A stretch of DNA of 30,070 bases from Promethearchaeota archaeon (GTDB lineage: Archaea > Asgardarchaeota > Lokiarchaeia > Sigyniarchaeales > SOKP01), in the NCBI GenBank assembly GCA_048938445.1, contig JBHLME010000051.1, forward strand, positions 1 to 30,070, written 5' to 3'. The notes beneath the pieces are model-generated. The model made no database searches and was not told the origin of the DNA. It saw only the letters and a list, made by a program, of their open reading frames with translations. Numbering within the stretch: the first letter of the stretch is position 1; each line of letters starts with the position of its first letter. This document shows positions 18,293 to 28,091 of this stretch, piece by piece. A program made the translations under genes and the position numbers.

Positions 18293-19573
18293 TTATTCCG
18301 GTATTGATTCTTCGGTTTTTTCATCAAAATTTATTTCTTTTTCATTCTTCAGCTCATTATATAACTCTAAAAAATCATCATGAGAACTCAAGGGTGAGCG
18401 AAGCATTTCAGTTTTTATCTGTCCCAAATCTTCTTCGTTCTGAAAAATCTGATTATATTGATTATCAAGTTGTAAAGGAATTTTCCCATATTCACTTGAG
18501 ACCAACAGATTTTGATGTTTACTAGTTATGATTCCATAAGGGAAATTAGAGAAATGTTTATCAATAAGCAGATAAGCTCGTTCATACATTTTCTTTTCCC
18601 TGCAAGATGTCTTTAGAAGATATTCAAATTGTTCTTCAAAGTCCAGGGCAAAATTTTTAAGGCAATCTCTGAGGAGTTTCGAGGATTTAGAGACTGCAAG
18701 ACCAACTGTAATGTATTTTGAATAATATACAATTAAAAACCCTTCTTGTAATTTAATATCTAATAACCGACCGACATGCATTACCTCTTGGCTCATTATT
18801 TGAAGAGCAGATATGAATCCCGCGAAAATATTTTCTCCTATATTAGATTCCGACCAATCATGATCAAATAAAGGAAAGCCATCATTATCCTTTACTACAA
18901 TCCTGTGGACATTTAAAGGAAGAATATAAAACAATTTAGGTTCTATCATTAAGATTATTATCATAATAGCTTCAAAAAGAATAAATAGTATTTGTGATAA
19001 GTAGACAAGAACATGAATCCAAATTGCTAGAAAACTTATGAGATAAGCAATGGGGATCAGAATTAGTATACAGAGAAAAAATGTCAGTGCTTCTAGTTTG
19101 TATAAAAATGGAGAATTTCGCCAAATAATAGTACCTCCATAGACTATAAAAATTGCAAATATCGTATTCATTATATTATTGAATAAGCTTAATAATTCCA
19201 ATGAATTGGGTAAAAAGGATATTACAATATTCACAGGCATACATATGCATAATAGAATTAAAGGAATGGAATATGGTGATTCTTTTGTTGACAAGTTAAG
19301 ATAAATTACAAATAAGATAACCTTTGGTAAGACCAATAGAGATGATAAATGAGCAAGGAAATATGATAAGTCAGCAAGGAGGGAATTCATAAGTAAACCT
19401 GCTATACTTTCTAATAACCATCGTATGCTTACAAATAAAATACATAATTGAAAGAATTTTATAGATTTAAAATTAAAATTTTTAAGTCTTAAATAGAATA
19501 CAACCAATAATACAGATGTTATAATTGCATGAGTTAAATACACGATTACTTCAATAGACCAGTTTAATGTCAT
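18293..19573 (-). CDS. 7TM-longin fusion membrane protein, copy B
   Basis: Same architecture as 16051..17358; C-terminal longin half nearly identical, TM half divergent. Confidence 0.8.
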   Translation of the reverse strand: MTLNWSIEVIVYLTHAIITSVLLVVFYLRLKNFNFKSIKFFQLCILFVSIRWLLESIAGLLMNSLLADLSYFLAHLSSLLVLPKVILFVIYLNLSTKESPYSIPLILLCICMPVNIVISFLPNSLELLSLFNNIMNTIFAIFIVYGGTIIWRNSPFLYKLEALTFFLCILILIPIAYLISFLAIWIHVLVYLSQILFILFEAIMIIILMIEPKLFYILPLNVHRIVVKDNDGFPLFDHDWSESNIGENIFAGFISALQIMSQEVMHVGRLLDIKLQEGFLIVYYSKYITVGLAVSKSSKLLRDCLKNFALDFEEQFEYLLKTSCREKKMYERAYLLIDKHFSNFPYGIITSKHQNLLVSSEYGKIPLQLDNQYNQIFQNEEDLGQIKTEMLRSPLSSHDDFLELYNELKNEKEINFDEKTEESIPE

Positions 19574-19589
19574 TTTTATTTCTATACCT

Positions 19590-20345
19590 CTATATTTCCA
19601 TTGATATTAATTTAAGTTCCTGATTATCTTGTAAATCATTTAAAATATTAGTTATAACTTCATTTATTAAAGCTCTTTTACTCAATTTTATGAATAATCT
19701 TTTCTTATTTTCAGGTGAAGGGGATATTACTCCATATCCAATCAAATTCTTAATACGATAATAGATCTTTTCCCGTTCAATGCTTAATTCTTTGTATATG
19801 TCTGATCTTTTTATTTCTTTTCTTTCCAATATTAATTTCACTATAATTCTATTTAGATCATCACTCAAAATAAAATATAACATTCCTTCCTCATCGCTCA
19901 TTTCAACGGGAAGAAATATCGTAAAATTCTTCACTTTTAATTTTTTTACTAAATTGAATTTAATCAGCTTTTCTAAGTGCCAAACCAAATGACCAACGCC
20001 TATTTCACTATCTTTATATTTCGCACACGTCTCTTTTAAGGAGGAAAAATGGATTCCTTTATTGGTCTTGATTATACTATAAATAAATTTTCGAAACTTG
20101 TTTTTTAATATCGTCTCTCTCGTGAATTTTGAACCATCCACTAAAATTTTTCTGTTTATTAACATTTGAATAATAATTTTCAGCCCACTTCGAGGAATTT
20201 TTAGTTTCCTCTTAGCTCTATTATATAATAATTCGGTATTAATTAATTTATGCTCTTTTGTGAGCTCTACCGCAACATCTATTACTTGTTGAACGCTTGG
20301 GTGGTCTAATCCTAAAGAAAGAGGATACTTTTTTTCTTTATACAT
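19590..20345 (-). CDS. Multi-winged-helix (COG3398-like) transcription regulator, copy B
   Basis: Close paralog of 17375..18130; very basic. Confidence 0.85.
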   Translation of the reverse strand: MYKEKKYPLSLGLDHPSVQQVIDVAVELTKEHKLINTELLYNRAKRKLKIPRSGLKIIIQMLINRKILVDGSKFTRETILKNKFRKFIYSIIKTNKGIHFSSLKETCAKYKDSEIGVGHLVWHLEKLIKFNLVKKLKVKNFTIFLPVEMSDEEGMLYFILSDDLNRIIVKLILERKEIKRSDIYKELSIEREKIYYRIKNLIGYGVISPSPENKKRLFIKLSKRALINEVITNILNDLQDNQELKLISMEI

Positions 20346-20399
20346 TAGACAATCATTTAATATTATAATTAATACAAAATTGACATTAATGTAGATTTC

Positions 20400-20426
20400 C
20401 TATTGATATAAAATCAGTTTCAATAT
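20400..20426. promoter_or_regulatory. Second copy of the candidate operator (cTATTGATA-N9-TtTCAATAT)
   Basis: Homologous to 18182-18208, with the arms slightly degenerate. Confidence 0.5.
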
Positions 20427-20523
20427 TAATAAAGATTTCTCATAGATTGCTAATTATTTAATATCAAATTTGATTCATTTATTGCTTTATTTTATATATT
20501 AATTCTATTAAGTTTGATATGAT

Positions 20524-20778
20524 TCAACTATAATGTTCAATATCTATAATACCTAATAGAATAAAGAAGATAAATCCGCATCCAAAAGCTGCTCCTAGAT
20601 ACAACCAAAAATAGTCTCTAAAATTTTGGAAAAACAGATCATAAGGAAAAGGAGCAAAGTCTTGTCCCCAATTTCTAACAATCATCGAAACTGTAAAAGC
20701 AGGAATCACAAACAAAGCAATAATTGACACAATTAATCCTATAATTACGTAGGTAAGTACTCTATATTGTGGTTTCAT
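20524..20778 (-). CDS. Small 2-TM membrane protein
   Basis: Two hydrophobic helices; strong SD (GGGTGA) before the ATG; preceded by a copy of the shared promoter element. Confidence 0.8.
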   Translation of the reverse strand: MKPQYRVLTYVIIGLIVSIIALFVIPAFTVSMIVRNWGQDFAPFPYDLFFQNFRDYFWLYLGAAFGCGFIFFILLGIIDIEHYS

Positions 20779-20856
20779 TTGATTTCACCCAAATACAATT
20801 CTTTAACTTTAATTTTAAAGAATTATAAAATAAATATTTTTTTTTGTATTTAAATC

Positions 20857-20877
20857 GATATGGTAGGATTTTATACA
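20857..20877 (-). promoter_or_regulatory. Shared promoter element copy 6 (degenerate, TGTATAAAATCCTACCATATC)
   Basis: The + strand reads gatatggtaggattttataca; followed on the minus strand by GATTTAAATA, the same spacing to TATA as in the other copies. Confidence 0.62.
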
Positions 20878-21028
20878 AAAAAATCTTTAATCTTAGTAGT
20901 TAAGATCAAAGAAATCCATTTTAATTAAACCAATTTTAATTTTACCCAATTTAGTTATTAGGAAATAATTAAACTTGGAACTATTAAAAATGTTTATTAT
21001 GTTTTAATAAAAAAAATTAATGATAAAT

Positions 21029-23626
21029 TTAAGAAATTTTATGAAATTGTAATTCATCCTTTTTATTGGTATCAACTCGAACAATGTCATTTTCCATAAA
21101 TTCTCCTTCCAAAATTTTCAGAGATAGTGGATTTTGAATATAAGTTTGGATTGTTCTCTTTAATGGTCGTGCTCCGAAATTTGGATCAAATCCTTTTTCA
21201 CTTAGAAATTCTTTTGCTTTTTCAGTGAGTTGTAATTGAATTCCATGTTCAGATAAAATCTTATTTAAATTCCTTATTTGAATATCAACAATATCTTTGA
21301 TTTGCTCCTTTTCTAAGTATTTAAAAATTATGATATCATCAACGCGATTTATAAATTCTGGTCTAAAATACCCTCTTAAGGCATTTAAAACTAATTCTTT
21401 ATTTTTCACGAAATCTATCTTGCTTGAGTCTGATAAAAATTCAGAGCCAATATTACTCGTCATGATAATTATTGTATTTTTGAAATCAACGGTTCTTCCA
21501 TGACCATCAGTTAAACGTCCATCATCCATTATTTGTAATAAAATGTTAAATACCTCGGGATGAGCTTTTTCGATCTCATCAAATAGAATTACAGAGTATG
21601 GTCGTCTTCTCACTGCTTCTGTTAGATATCCTCCTTCATCATATCCTACGTATCCCGGAGGAGCTCCAATTAATCTTGCGACACTATGTCTTTCCATGAA
21701 TTCTGACATGTCTATGCGTACCATCGCATTTTCAGAATCAAATAAAAATTCTGCTAGAGCTTTGGCCGTTTCTGTCTTTCCAACTCCAGTTGGACCCATA
21801 AATATAAAAGAACCAATTGGTCTGTTAGGATCTTGAATTCCTGCTCTTGATCTTCTTATAGCATTAGAAACCAATTTCAAGGCAGAATCTTGTCCAATCA
21901 CTCTTTTTTGTAATCGATCCTCCATTTTTAGTAATTTTTCACGTTCACCTTCAAGCATTCTTGAGATTGGGACTCCTGTCCATTGTGAAACAATTTTTGC
22001 GATATCTTCTTCATCTACTTCTTGCTTTAGCATAGTCTTGTTCTTTTGAATTTCATTCAATTCAGAATTGTATTTTTCCAAATCTTTTCTTAATTGATTG
22101 AGAACACCATATGTCAATTCAGCAGCTTTCCCTAAATCACCTTGTCTTTCTGCTCGTTCCGCTTCAATTTTGGTTATTTCCATCTTTTTTTGAAGCTCAT
22201 TGATTTTAGAAATAATTTCTTTCTCATTATGCCATTGTGCTTTCATTGCATCGCTTTTTTCTTTAAGATTACGCAATTCTTCGTCAATTTTTTCTATTTT
22301 CTCTGCACAAGACTTATCATTTTCTTTTTTTAAAGCTTCTTTTTGAATTTGCAATTGTATGATTTTTCGTTCGATTTCATCGATTTCAGTAGGCATACTA
22401 TCAATTTCAATTCTTAATCGTGAAGCAGCTTCATCCATCAAGTCAATTGCTTTATCTGGTAAGAATCTATCTGTGATATAACGATGTGATAACGTAACCG
22501 CGGCAAGTATGGCTGCATCTGTTATTCTTACTCCATGATGAATTTCATATTTTTCTTTCAAACCTCTTAGAATAGCAACTGAATCCTCAACTAAAGGTTC
22601 TGATACATACACAGTTTGAAACCTTCTAGTTAAAGCGGCATCATTTTCAATATATTTACGATATTCATCTAAAGTAGTAGCACCCACACATCTCAATTCT
22701 CCTCGAGCTAATGCAGGTTTTAGCATGTTTGAGGCATCAATGGCACCTTGAGCGGCACCTGCACCTACTAAGGTATGTAATTCATCAATGAAAAGGATAT
22801 ATTTTCCTTCACCTTTTTCGACTTCTTTTAGAAAGGCTTTTAATCTATCTTCAAATTCTCCCCTATATTTCGCTCCAGCAATAAGGGCACCTAGATCTAA
22901 AGATAATATGTCCTTGTCTTTTAAAGAATCGGGAACATCATTACTTGCGATTCTCAATGCGAGCCCCTCAACAATGGCGGTCTTTCCAACACCAGCTTCA
23001 CCGATTAATACAGGATTGTTTTTTGTCCTTCTTGAAAGAATATGCATCAATCGTCTTATTTCATCATCTCTCCCTATAACAGGATCTAACTTTCCTCTTC
23101 TTGCTAAATCTGTCAAATTACGGCTGTATTTCTCAATAGCTTGGTATTTTCCTTCAGGATCTTGATCAGTTACTGTCTGATGCCCTCTAATACTCATTAA
23201 TGCTTGTAAGATCCTATCTTTGGTTATACCATATTTTTTAAATATTGAATTTATAGAAAGAGAGCTATTTGCACTCATTGCTATAAGTAAATGTTCAGTG
23301 CTTAGAAATTGATCTCGTAAATTCTCGGCTTCTTTCCATGCAGAATCAAAAAGAGTACTACTTTCTCTCGATAATACAACATCAGATGCTCCTGACCCAG
23401 TGACTTTAGGAATCTTTCCAATTTCATTAAAGACGTCACTTAATACTTGGCGTATATCGACACCTAATTTTTGTAATAGAGGTGACGTGATTCCCTCTTG
23501 TTGATCTATTAGTGCTATCAATACATGAAATGGTTCGATATGTTGTTGATTTCGTTCTTGAGCTAGTGCTCGTGCAGCCATTATGGCTTCTTGAACCTTA
23601 ATCGTGAATTTATCAAATTTCATCAT
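21029..23626 (-). CDS. clpB: ATP-dependent disaggregase ClpB
   Basis: Clp N-domain, [15 protein letters not shown], Walker A GEAGVGKT and GPTGVGKT, long coiled-coil M domain (ending [11 protein letters not shown]), [19 protein letters not shown]; no obvious IGF loop. Confidence 0.97.
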   Translation of the reverse strand: MMKFDKFTIKVQEAIMAARALAQERNQQHIEPFHVLIALIDQQEGITSPLLQKLGVDIRQVLSDVFNEIGKIPKVTGSGASDVVLSRESSTLFDSAWKEAENLRDQFLSTEHLLIAMSANSSLSINSIFKKYGITKDRILQALMSIRGHQTVTDQDPEGKYQAIEKYSRNLTDLARRGKLDPVIGRDDEIRRLMHILSRRTKNNPVLIGEAGVGKTAIVEGLALRIASNDVPDSLKDKDILSLDLGALIAGAKYRGEFEDRLKAFLKEVEKGEGKYILFIDELHTLVGAGAAQGAIDASNMLKPALARGELRCVGATTLDEYRKYIENDAALTRRFQTVYVSEPLVEDSVAILRGLKEKYEIHHGVRITDAAILAAVTLSHRYITDRFLPDKAIDLMDEAASRLRIEIDSMPTEIDEIERKIIQLQIQKEALKKENDKSCAEKIEKIDEELRNLKEKSDAMKAQWHNEKEIISKINELQKKMEITKIEAERAERQGDLGKAAELTYGVLNQLRKDLEKYNSELNEIQKNKTMLKQEVDEEDIAKIVSQWTGVPISRMLEGEREKLLKMEDRLQKRVIGQDSALKLVSNAIRRSRAGIQDPNRPIGSFIFMGPTGVGKTETAKALAEFLFDSENAMVRIDMSEFMERHSVARLIGAPPGYVGYDEGGYLTEAVRRRPYSVILFDEIEKAHPEVFNILLQIMDDGRLTDGHGRTVDFKNTIIIMTSNIGSEFLSDSSKIDFVKNKELVLNALRGYFRPEFINRVDDIIIFKYLEKEQIKDIVDIQIRNLNKILSEHGIQLQLTEKAKEFLSEKGFDPNFGARPLKRTIQTYIQNPLSLKILEGEFMENDIVRVDTNKKDELQFHKIS

Positions 23627-23639
23627 TATTATTTTTCTC

Positions 23640-24656
23640 CTATAAACCTGTTTTTTTTAGTTTTTCTAATAATTCTCTTTGTTCTTTGTTTAGTTTTTTG
23701 GGTATTTTAATTTTAATCTCTACCAAGTGGTTCCCTCTATTTTCTGAACCTGTCTTATAAAATCCTTGATTTTTTAATCTTAATAATGATCCATCTTTAG
23801 TACCAGCAGGAACTGTTACACTTAAAGTTTTCTCAATCCCTTTTACATCAACCTTTCCACCTAAAACTGCGGTTGTAAAGGGAATTTCTTTTTCAGTATA
23901 TATATCATCTCCTTCCAACTTAAAACTTGGATGAGATTTTATATTAACATTTATATATAAATCACCCGGAGGTCCACCATTCATACCAGGCATTCCCTTG
24001 CCTTTTAATCGTAATTTCTGCTGGTCTTTTATACCTCTTGGAATCTTTACTGTTAGAGTTGCTTGTTGTCCTGTAGTTGGATCTTTATATGATATTTTCC
24101 TCTGACCACCATTGAATGCATCCATAAAATCTATTTCCATGTCATATCTTAAATCTTCTCCTTCGATAGGACGGCTGCCAAAACCCCCGTTTTTTACCCT
24201 TGAACTTGTCCCTTGTTGTGTAAAAACATCAAATATATCTCCTAAATCATTAAAGAAATCAAATCCTCCAAATCCTCTATTTGATCTTGATTTTCCACCG
24301 TTTCCAAAAATTTCACTGAAGTCAAATCCTCCAGGTGATCCAGTAGTTGAATAATAATAGGTTGTTCCATCAGGACCTCTATGAACACGTCCGCCTCGAG
24401 GTATTCCACCACCCCATTGTTGATATGAATCGGGATCTCCTTCTACAACACCAAATTTATCGTACATCTCTCTTTTTTTATCATCGCTTAATATACTATA
24501 AGCCTCATTAATTTCTTTAAACTTTTCACCCGTTTTAGGCTCATCTGGATTCACATCTGGATGATATTTTCTTGCTAACTTGCGGAATGCTCTTTTGATT
24601 TCATCTTTACTTGCATTCTTATCCAAACCTAGTATCTCATAATAATCCTTTGCCAT
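23640..24656 (-). CDS. dnaJ: DnaJ-class co-chaperone, class B/CbpA-like (no Cys zinc finger)
   Basis: J domain with HPD, G/F-rich region with DIF, C-terminal domain with PGDLY; no CxxCxGxG repeats. Confidence 0.92.
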   Translation of the reverse strand: MAKDYYEILGLDKNASKDEIKRAFRKLARKYHPDVNPDEPKTGEKFKEINEAYSILSDDKKREMYDKFGVVEGDPDSYQQWGGGIPRGGRVHRGPDGTTYYYSTTGSPGGFDFSEIFGNGGKSRSNRGFGGFDFFNDLGDIFDVFTQQGTSSRVKNGGFGSRPIEGEDLRYDMEIDFMDAFNGGQRKISYKDPTTGQQATLTVKIPRGIKDQQKLRLKGKGMPGMNGGPPGDLYINVNIKSHPSFKLEGDDIYTEKEIPFTTAVLGGKVDVKGIEKTLSVTVPAGTKDGSLLRLKNQGFYKTGSENRGNHLVEIKIKIPKKLNKEQRELLEKLKKTGL

Positions 24657-24677
24657 TATTTTTCACCTTTTTTTTAA

Positions 24678-24754
24678 TAGGCCTGGCAGGATTCGAACCC
24701 GCATTGGTAGGAGCTTAAATCGCAATATTTTAGTCCTTTACACACATCAAGCCT
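24678..24754 (-). tRNA. tRNA-like element / degenerate tRNA (TAA at the anticodon position, Leu-like, atypical)
   Basis: Acceptor AGGCTTG/CAGGCCT plus discriminator A; T-arm GCGGG-TTCGAAT-CCTGC; anticodon arm TGCGA-TTTAAGC-TCCTA with one C-C mismatch; weak D-arm, no U8, no long variable arm. Confidence 0.55.
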
Positions 24755-24761
24755 TTTATTT

Positions 24762-24783
24762 AAAAAAATAAAAAAAAAAAAAA
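24762..24783 (-). terminator. Oligo-T terminator after dnaK
   Basis: T14-A-T7 on the minus strand, starting a few nt after the dnaK stop. Confidence 0.55.
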
Positions 24784-24789
24784 TTTTAT

Positions 24790-26691
24790 TTATTCATAAT
24801 CAGCATCAACCACACTGTCTTGTCCACTGGCTCTCCTGAATTTTTCTTCTTCAATTTCATCCTGAGTTTTTCCTTGGTACGTATAAGCTCCTGGTGGCAC
24901 GTCACCCATTCCTCCAGGGGGCGCTCCTTGAAATCCTCCTTGTCCTGGTTGTTGTCCATACATTCTACTAGATACTCCATGTAAAGCATTTTGTAAGGCT
25001 TCAGTCGTGCTTTTGATTCTTGAAACATCTTCAGATTCCATTGCAGCTCTAAGATCGGAAATTTTACTCAAGATTCCATCCTTTAAATCACCGATTAGCG
25101 ATTCATTTTCTTTCATTAATTTTTCTGTCTGATAAATTAAAGCTTCACCATGGTTCTTAACTTCAGTTAATTCCCTGAATTTTTTATCTTCCTCAGCGTG
25201 TCGTTCAGCATCTCTTATCTTTTGGTTGATTTCATCTTCGGACATTTTTGTGGATGCCGTGATGGTAATTGATTGACTTTTCCCCGTTCCTTTATCCTTT
25301 GCTGAAACGTTAATGATTCCATTTTGGTCTATATCAAATGATACTTCGATCTGTGGCACCCCTCTAGGTGCTGGTGGAATTCCTGTCAAATGAAATTTGC
25401 CTAAGGAGATATTATCCATAGCTTTTGGCCGCTCGCCTTGTAAAACATTTATCTCTACAGCGGGTTGGTTATCAGCTGCGGTTGAGAAGATTTCCGTTTT
25501 TCTCGTAGGAATTGTCGTGTTTCGTTCTATCAACTTAGTAAAAACACCACCTAATGTTTCGACTCCTAAAGAGAGTGGAGTCACATCTAGTAAGAGTAAA
25601 TCTTCAACTTCACCAGTTAACACTCCTCCTTGAACTGCTGCGCCCATAGCAACACATTCCATTGGATCAATGCTTCGTTCAGGGGTTTTTCCAAGATATT
25701 CCTCAAATTTCTTTTGAACTACTGGCATTCTAGTTGGTCCACCGACTAAAATGACTTTATCTACATCACCCTTGTTAAGGCCGGCATCTTGAAGTGCTTT
25801 TTTAATAGGTGCATCTAATCTTTGAATAACAGGATCAATTAATTGCTCTAATTTTGCCCTTGTCAAGGTAAGATTCATATGTTTTGGCCCTGAATCCGTC
25901 GCAGTAATATATGGTAAATTAATATCAGTTGATAGAGATGTAGATAATTCTATTTTGGCTTTTTCAGCAGCTTCTCGAACTCTTTGCATTGCCATTGCAT
26001 CTTTACTCAAGTCTACACCTTCGGCTTTCTTAAACTCTAACACTAAATACTCCAAAAGAATTCTATCCATATCAGTTCCACCTAAGGCGGTATCACCTGC
26101 AGTCGAGATTACTTCGAAAACCTGGTTGTCCATTTCCATCAAGGTAACATCAAATGTACCCCCTCCAAGATCCAAAACTGCAATTCTTAAGGACACTCCT
26201 TTCTTGTCGAGGCCATAGGCGACCGCAGCGGCAGTAGGTTCGTTAATTAAACGTTTTACATTTAATCCCGCGATCCTCCCCGCATCTTTGGTCGCCTGGC
26301 GTTGATTATCATTGAAATATGCAGGTACGGTTATTATAGCATCAGTTACTTCCTCACCTAAATACGCACTTGCATCCTCTTTAATTTTTCTTAAGATCAT
26401 TGCTGATATTTCTTGTGGAGTATAATCCTTCCCATCAATGGTTACCTTGTAAGACGTTCCCATTTTTCGTTTTATTGCCTGAATGGTACGTTCTGGATTG
26501 GAAACTGCCTGTCGTCTTGCAGGTTCTCCAATTAATCTTTGTCCATCCTTAGTAAAAGCAACATATGAAGGAAATGCCTTGCCACCTAATGTGTTTCCTT
26601 CTGCACTTGGTATGATTGTTGGCTTGCCACCTATCAATACAGCAGCAGCTGAATTACTCGTTCCTAAATCGATTCCGATTATTTTTCCCAT
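24790..26691 (-). CDS. dnaK: Molecular chaperone DnaK (Hsp70)
   Basis: [61 protein letters not shown]-terminal VVDADYE; lacks the N-terminal insertion of Gram-negative/eukaryotic Hsp70. Confidence 0.99.
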   Translation of the reverse strand: MGKIIGIDLGTSNSAAAVLIGGKPTIIPSAEGNTLGGKAFPSYVAFTKDGQRLIGEPARRQAVSNPERTIQAIKRKMGTSYKVTIDGKDYTPQEISAMILRKIKEDASAYLGEEVTDAIITVPAYFNDNQRQATKDAGRIAGLNVKRLINEPTAAAVAYGLDKKGVSLRIAVLDLGGGTFDVTLMEMDNQVFEVISTAGDTALGGTDMDRILLEYLVLEFKKAEGVDLSKDAMAMQRVREAAEKAKIELSTSLSTDINLPYITATDSGPKHMNLTLTRAKLEQLIDPVIQRLDAPIKKALQDAGLNKGDVDKVILVGGPTRMPVVQKKFEEYLGKTPERSIDPMECVAMGAAVQGGVLTGEVEDLLLLDVTPLSLGVETLGGVFTKLIERNTTIPTRKTEIFSTAADNQPAVEINVLQGERPKAMDNISLGKFHLTGIPPAPRGVPQIEVSFDIDQNGIINVSAKDKGTGKSQSITITASTKMSEDEINQKIRDAERHAEEDKKFRELTEVKNHGEALIYQTEKLMKENESLIGDLKDGILSKISDLRAAMESEDVSRIKSTTEALQNALHGVSSRMYGQQPGQGGFQGAPPGGMGDVPPGAYTYQGKTQDEIEEEKFRRASGQDSVVDADYE

Positions 26692-26721
26692 ATTTTTTCA
26701 CTCCTTTTATTTAATTTTTAA

Positions 26722-27390
26722 TTAACTTTCAGATTTTGATTTTTTTGAAATTACGACCATTGCTGGTCTTAATACTTCATTGTTATATAAATAACCTTTA
26801 TTTAATTCTTCTACAATCGTATTCTCTGGGAGATCATCATTTATTCTAACTAATTTTACTTCATGCTTGTATGGATCGAAAATTTGTCCTTCAGTCTCCA
26901 TGGGAATTACCTTTTCTTCGGCAAGTACTTTTTCGAAATTTTTTATAAGTAAATTAAATCCTTTCTTTATTGAATCCCCATTTTCAATAGTTTCAATTAT
27001 TTTTTCAGCTCGTAGTAAATCATCATAGTGATTGATTAGTTTTATCAATATTTTTTCCAAAGCATATGTTGTATATTTTTGTTTCTCGCGATCTGAAATT
27101 TTTTTATAATTTTCAAGATCTGCTTTTGCCCGAACTAATGATTCAAAATATTTTTTATTTTGCTCCTCAAGTTCTTTTAGTTTTCTTCCATCTTCCTTTA
27201 GTCGTTCGATTTCTTCAATTAAAGTTTGATTTTGTGCCTTGATTTCTTTATATTCCGAGTAAAGCGCTTCTAATTTTTTAGCTTTTTCTAAAAGTAATTC
27301 ATATTTTTCTCTTGAAATAGTAATCTTTTCACGTGGATCTTCAAGATAGCGACGACCATTGAAAAAATTATCAAAAGCGTTTTGAAACAT
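26722..27390 (-). CDS. grpE: Nucleotide exchange factor GrpE
   Basis: LVRAKADLENYKK, FDPYKHE, KGYLYNNEVLRPAMVVI; directly upstream of dnaK. Confidence 0.95.
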   Translation of the reverse strand: MFQNAFDNFFNGRRYLEDPREKITISREKYELLLEKAKKLEALYSEYKEIKAQNQTLIEEIERLKEDGRKLKELEEQNKKYFESLVRAKADLENYKKISDREKQKYTTYALEKILIKLINHYDDLLRAEKIIETIENGDSIKKGFNLLIKNFEKVLAEEKVIPMETEGQIFDPYKHEVKLVRINDDLPENTIVEELNKGYLYNNEVLRPAMVVISKKSKSES

Positions 27391-27474
27391 TATTTATCAC
27401 TCATCTCCCATTTTTTTAGGGTTACTATCATAATTCATTTTTATTTTGTAATTTTTTTTTGTTAATTTATTTTT

Positions 27475-27515
27475 TGTCAACCCTTAATTGACATTAAGTA
27501 ACTTACATATTTAAA
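27475..27515 (-). promoter_or_regulatory. grpE-dnaK promoter: TATA box (TTTAAATA, 27508-27515) and downstream inverted repeat TGTCAA-N7-TTGACA (27475-27493)
   Basis: Read directly; the palindrome lies around the expected transcription start. Confidence 0.55.
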
Positions 27516-27612
27516 TCTTTGGGTTTTTATTTCAAAATAAGATTTGTGATAAAAATCTATTTAAAATGGTAATTATTCCAAATATAGCATCAATTAAGGA
27601 ATTATATAACAT

Positions 27613-28020
27613 CTAATCTTCGAATAAGTCTTGAAAGTTATATCCAAGAACTTTTGAAAGTTTATCTAATTCCTTCTTTGTATAATTACTTTCTAGTTCA
27701 CTATTGCTAATTTTCCTCAAATCTTCAATCCTTCTCCTATCCATACCCGTTTCATCAGCTATCCTTTCCAATTCATCGATTGTAGTACTTCCTATTATAT
27801 CTCTAATAACTGGTTCTAAAAAGAAAATATCCTCGGTCGGCTTATCAAAAATTCTTGCGATATTTAACGATAAAGTAAGTTTAGGTGTATATGTACCCTT
27901 CTCTAAATAGTAAATGGTCTGGCGAGACACTCCCAAGAGCTTTGCCAAATCTTGCTGTTGCATGTCTTGTTCCTCTCGGAGTTCTTTTATTCTTGATACT
28001 AATTTTTCTCTAAAGCGCAC
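27613..28020 (-). CDS. XRE/Cro-family transcription regulator (COG1476-like N-terminal HTH plus second HTH-like domain)
   Basis: RIKELREEQDMQQQDLAKLLGVSRQTIYYLEKGTYTPKLTLSLNIARIF; GTG start with an AGGCGA SD-like site. Confidence 0.9.
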   Translation of the reverse strand: MRFREKLVSRIKELREEQDMQQQDLAKLLGVSRQTIYYLEKGTYTPKLTLSLNIARIFDKPTEDIFFLEPVIRDIIGSTTIDELERIADETGMDRRRIEDLRKISNSELESNYTKKELDKLSKVLGYNFQDLFED

Positions 28021-28091
28021 CTATTTCTCGCCTTCCATTACGGTATAAAATTTTAATTTTACTTTAAATAATTAAATAAAAAAACTAAATT

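Larger units (their letters stand above)
16051..20475 (-). repeat. Tandem duplication of a ~2.2-kb promoter + wHTH + 7TM-longin module
   Basis: 16051-18290 and 18293-20475 are colinear, including the 16-nt intergenic spacer and the upstream non-coding region. Confidence 0.9.

Noticed and set aside
16051-19573. Calling the 7TM proteins rhodopsins, GPCRs or histidine kinases
   Set aside because: No retinal-binding Lys motif in helix 7, no DRY/NPxxY motifs and no HisKA/HATPase domain; only the helix count is shared.
10145-20877. Middle region as an integrated mobile element
   Set aside because: No integrase, transposase or viral gene, and no flanking direct repeats found by eye.
24678-24754. 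tRNA-Pyl or tRNA-Sec identity for the tRNA-like element
   Set aside because: No CTA or TCA in the anticodon loop, a canonical TTCGAAT T-loop, a 7-bp acceptor stem and no long variable arm.
21297-26725. Short antisense or alternate-frame ORFs within clpB, dnaJ and dnaK
   Set aside because: Typical shadow ORFs of highly conserved genes; no motifs.
28021-28038. In-frame ATG-GAA-GGC-GAG-AAA-TAG just before the XRE gene (possible amber readthrough or uORF)
   Set aside because: The stretch contains an SD-like AGGCGA correctly spaced for the GTG start, and no other gene here shows in-frame TAG readthrough.
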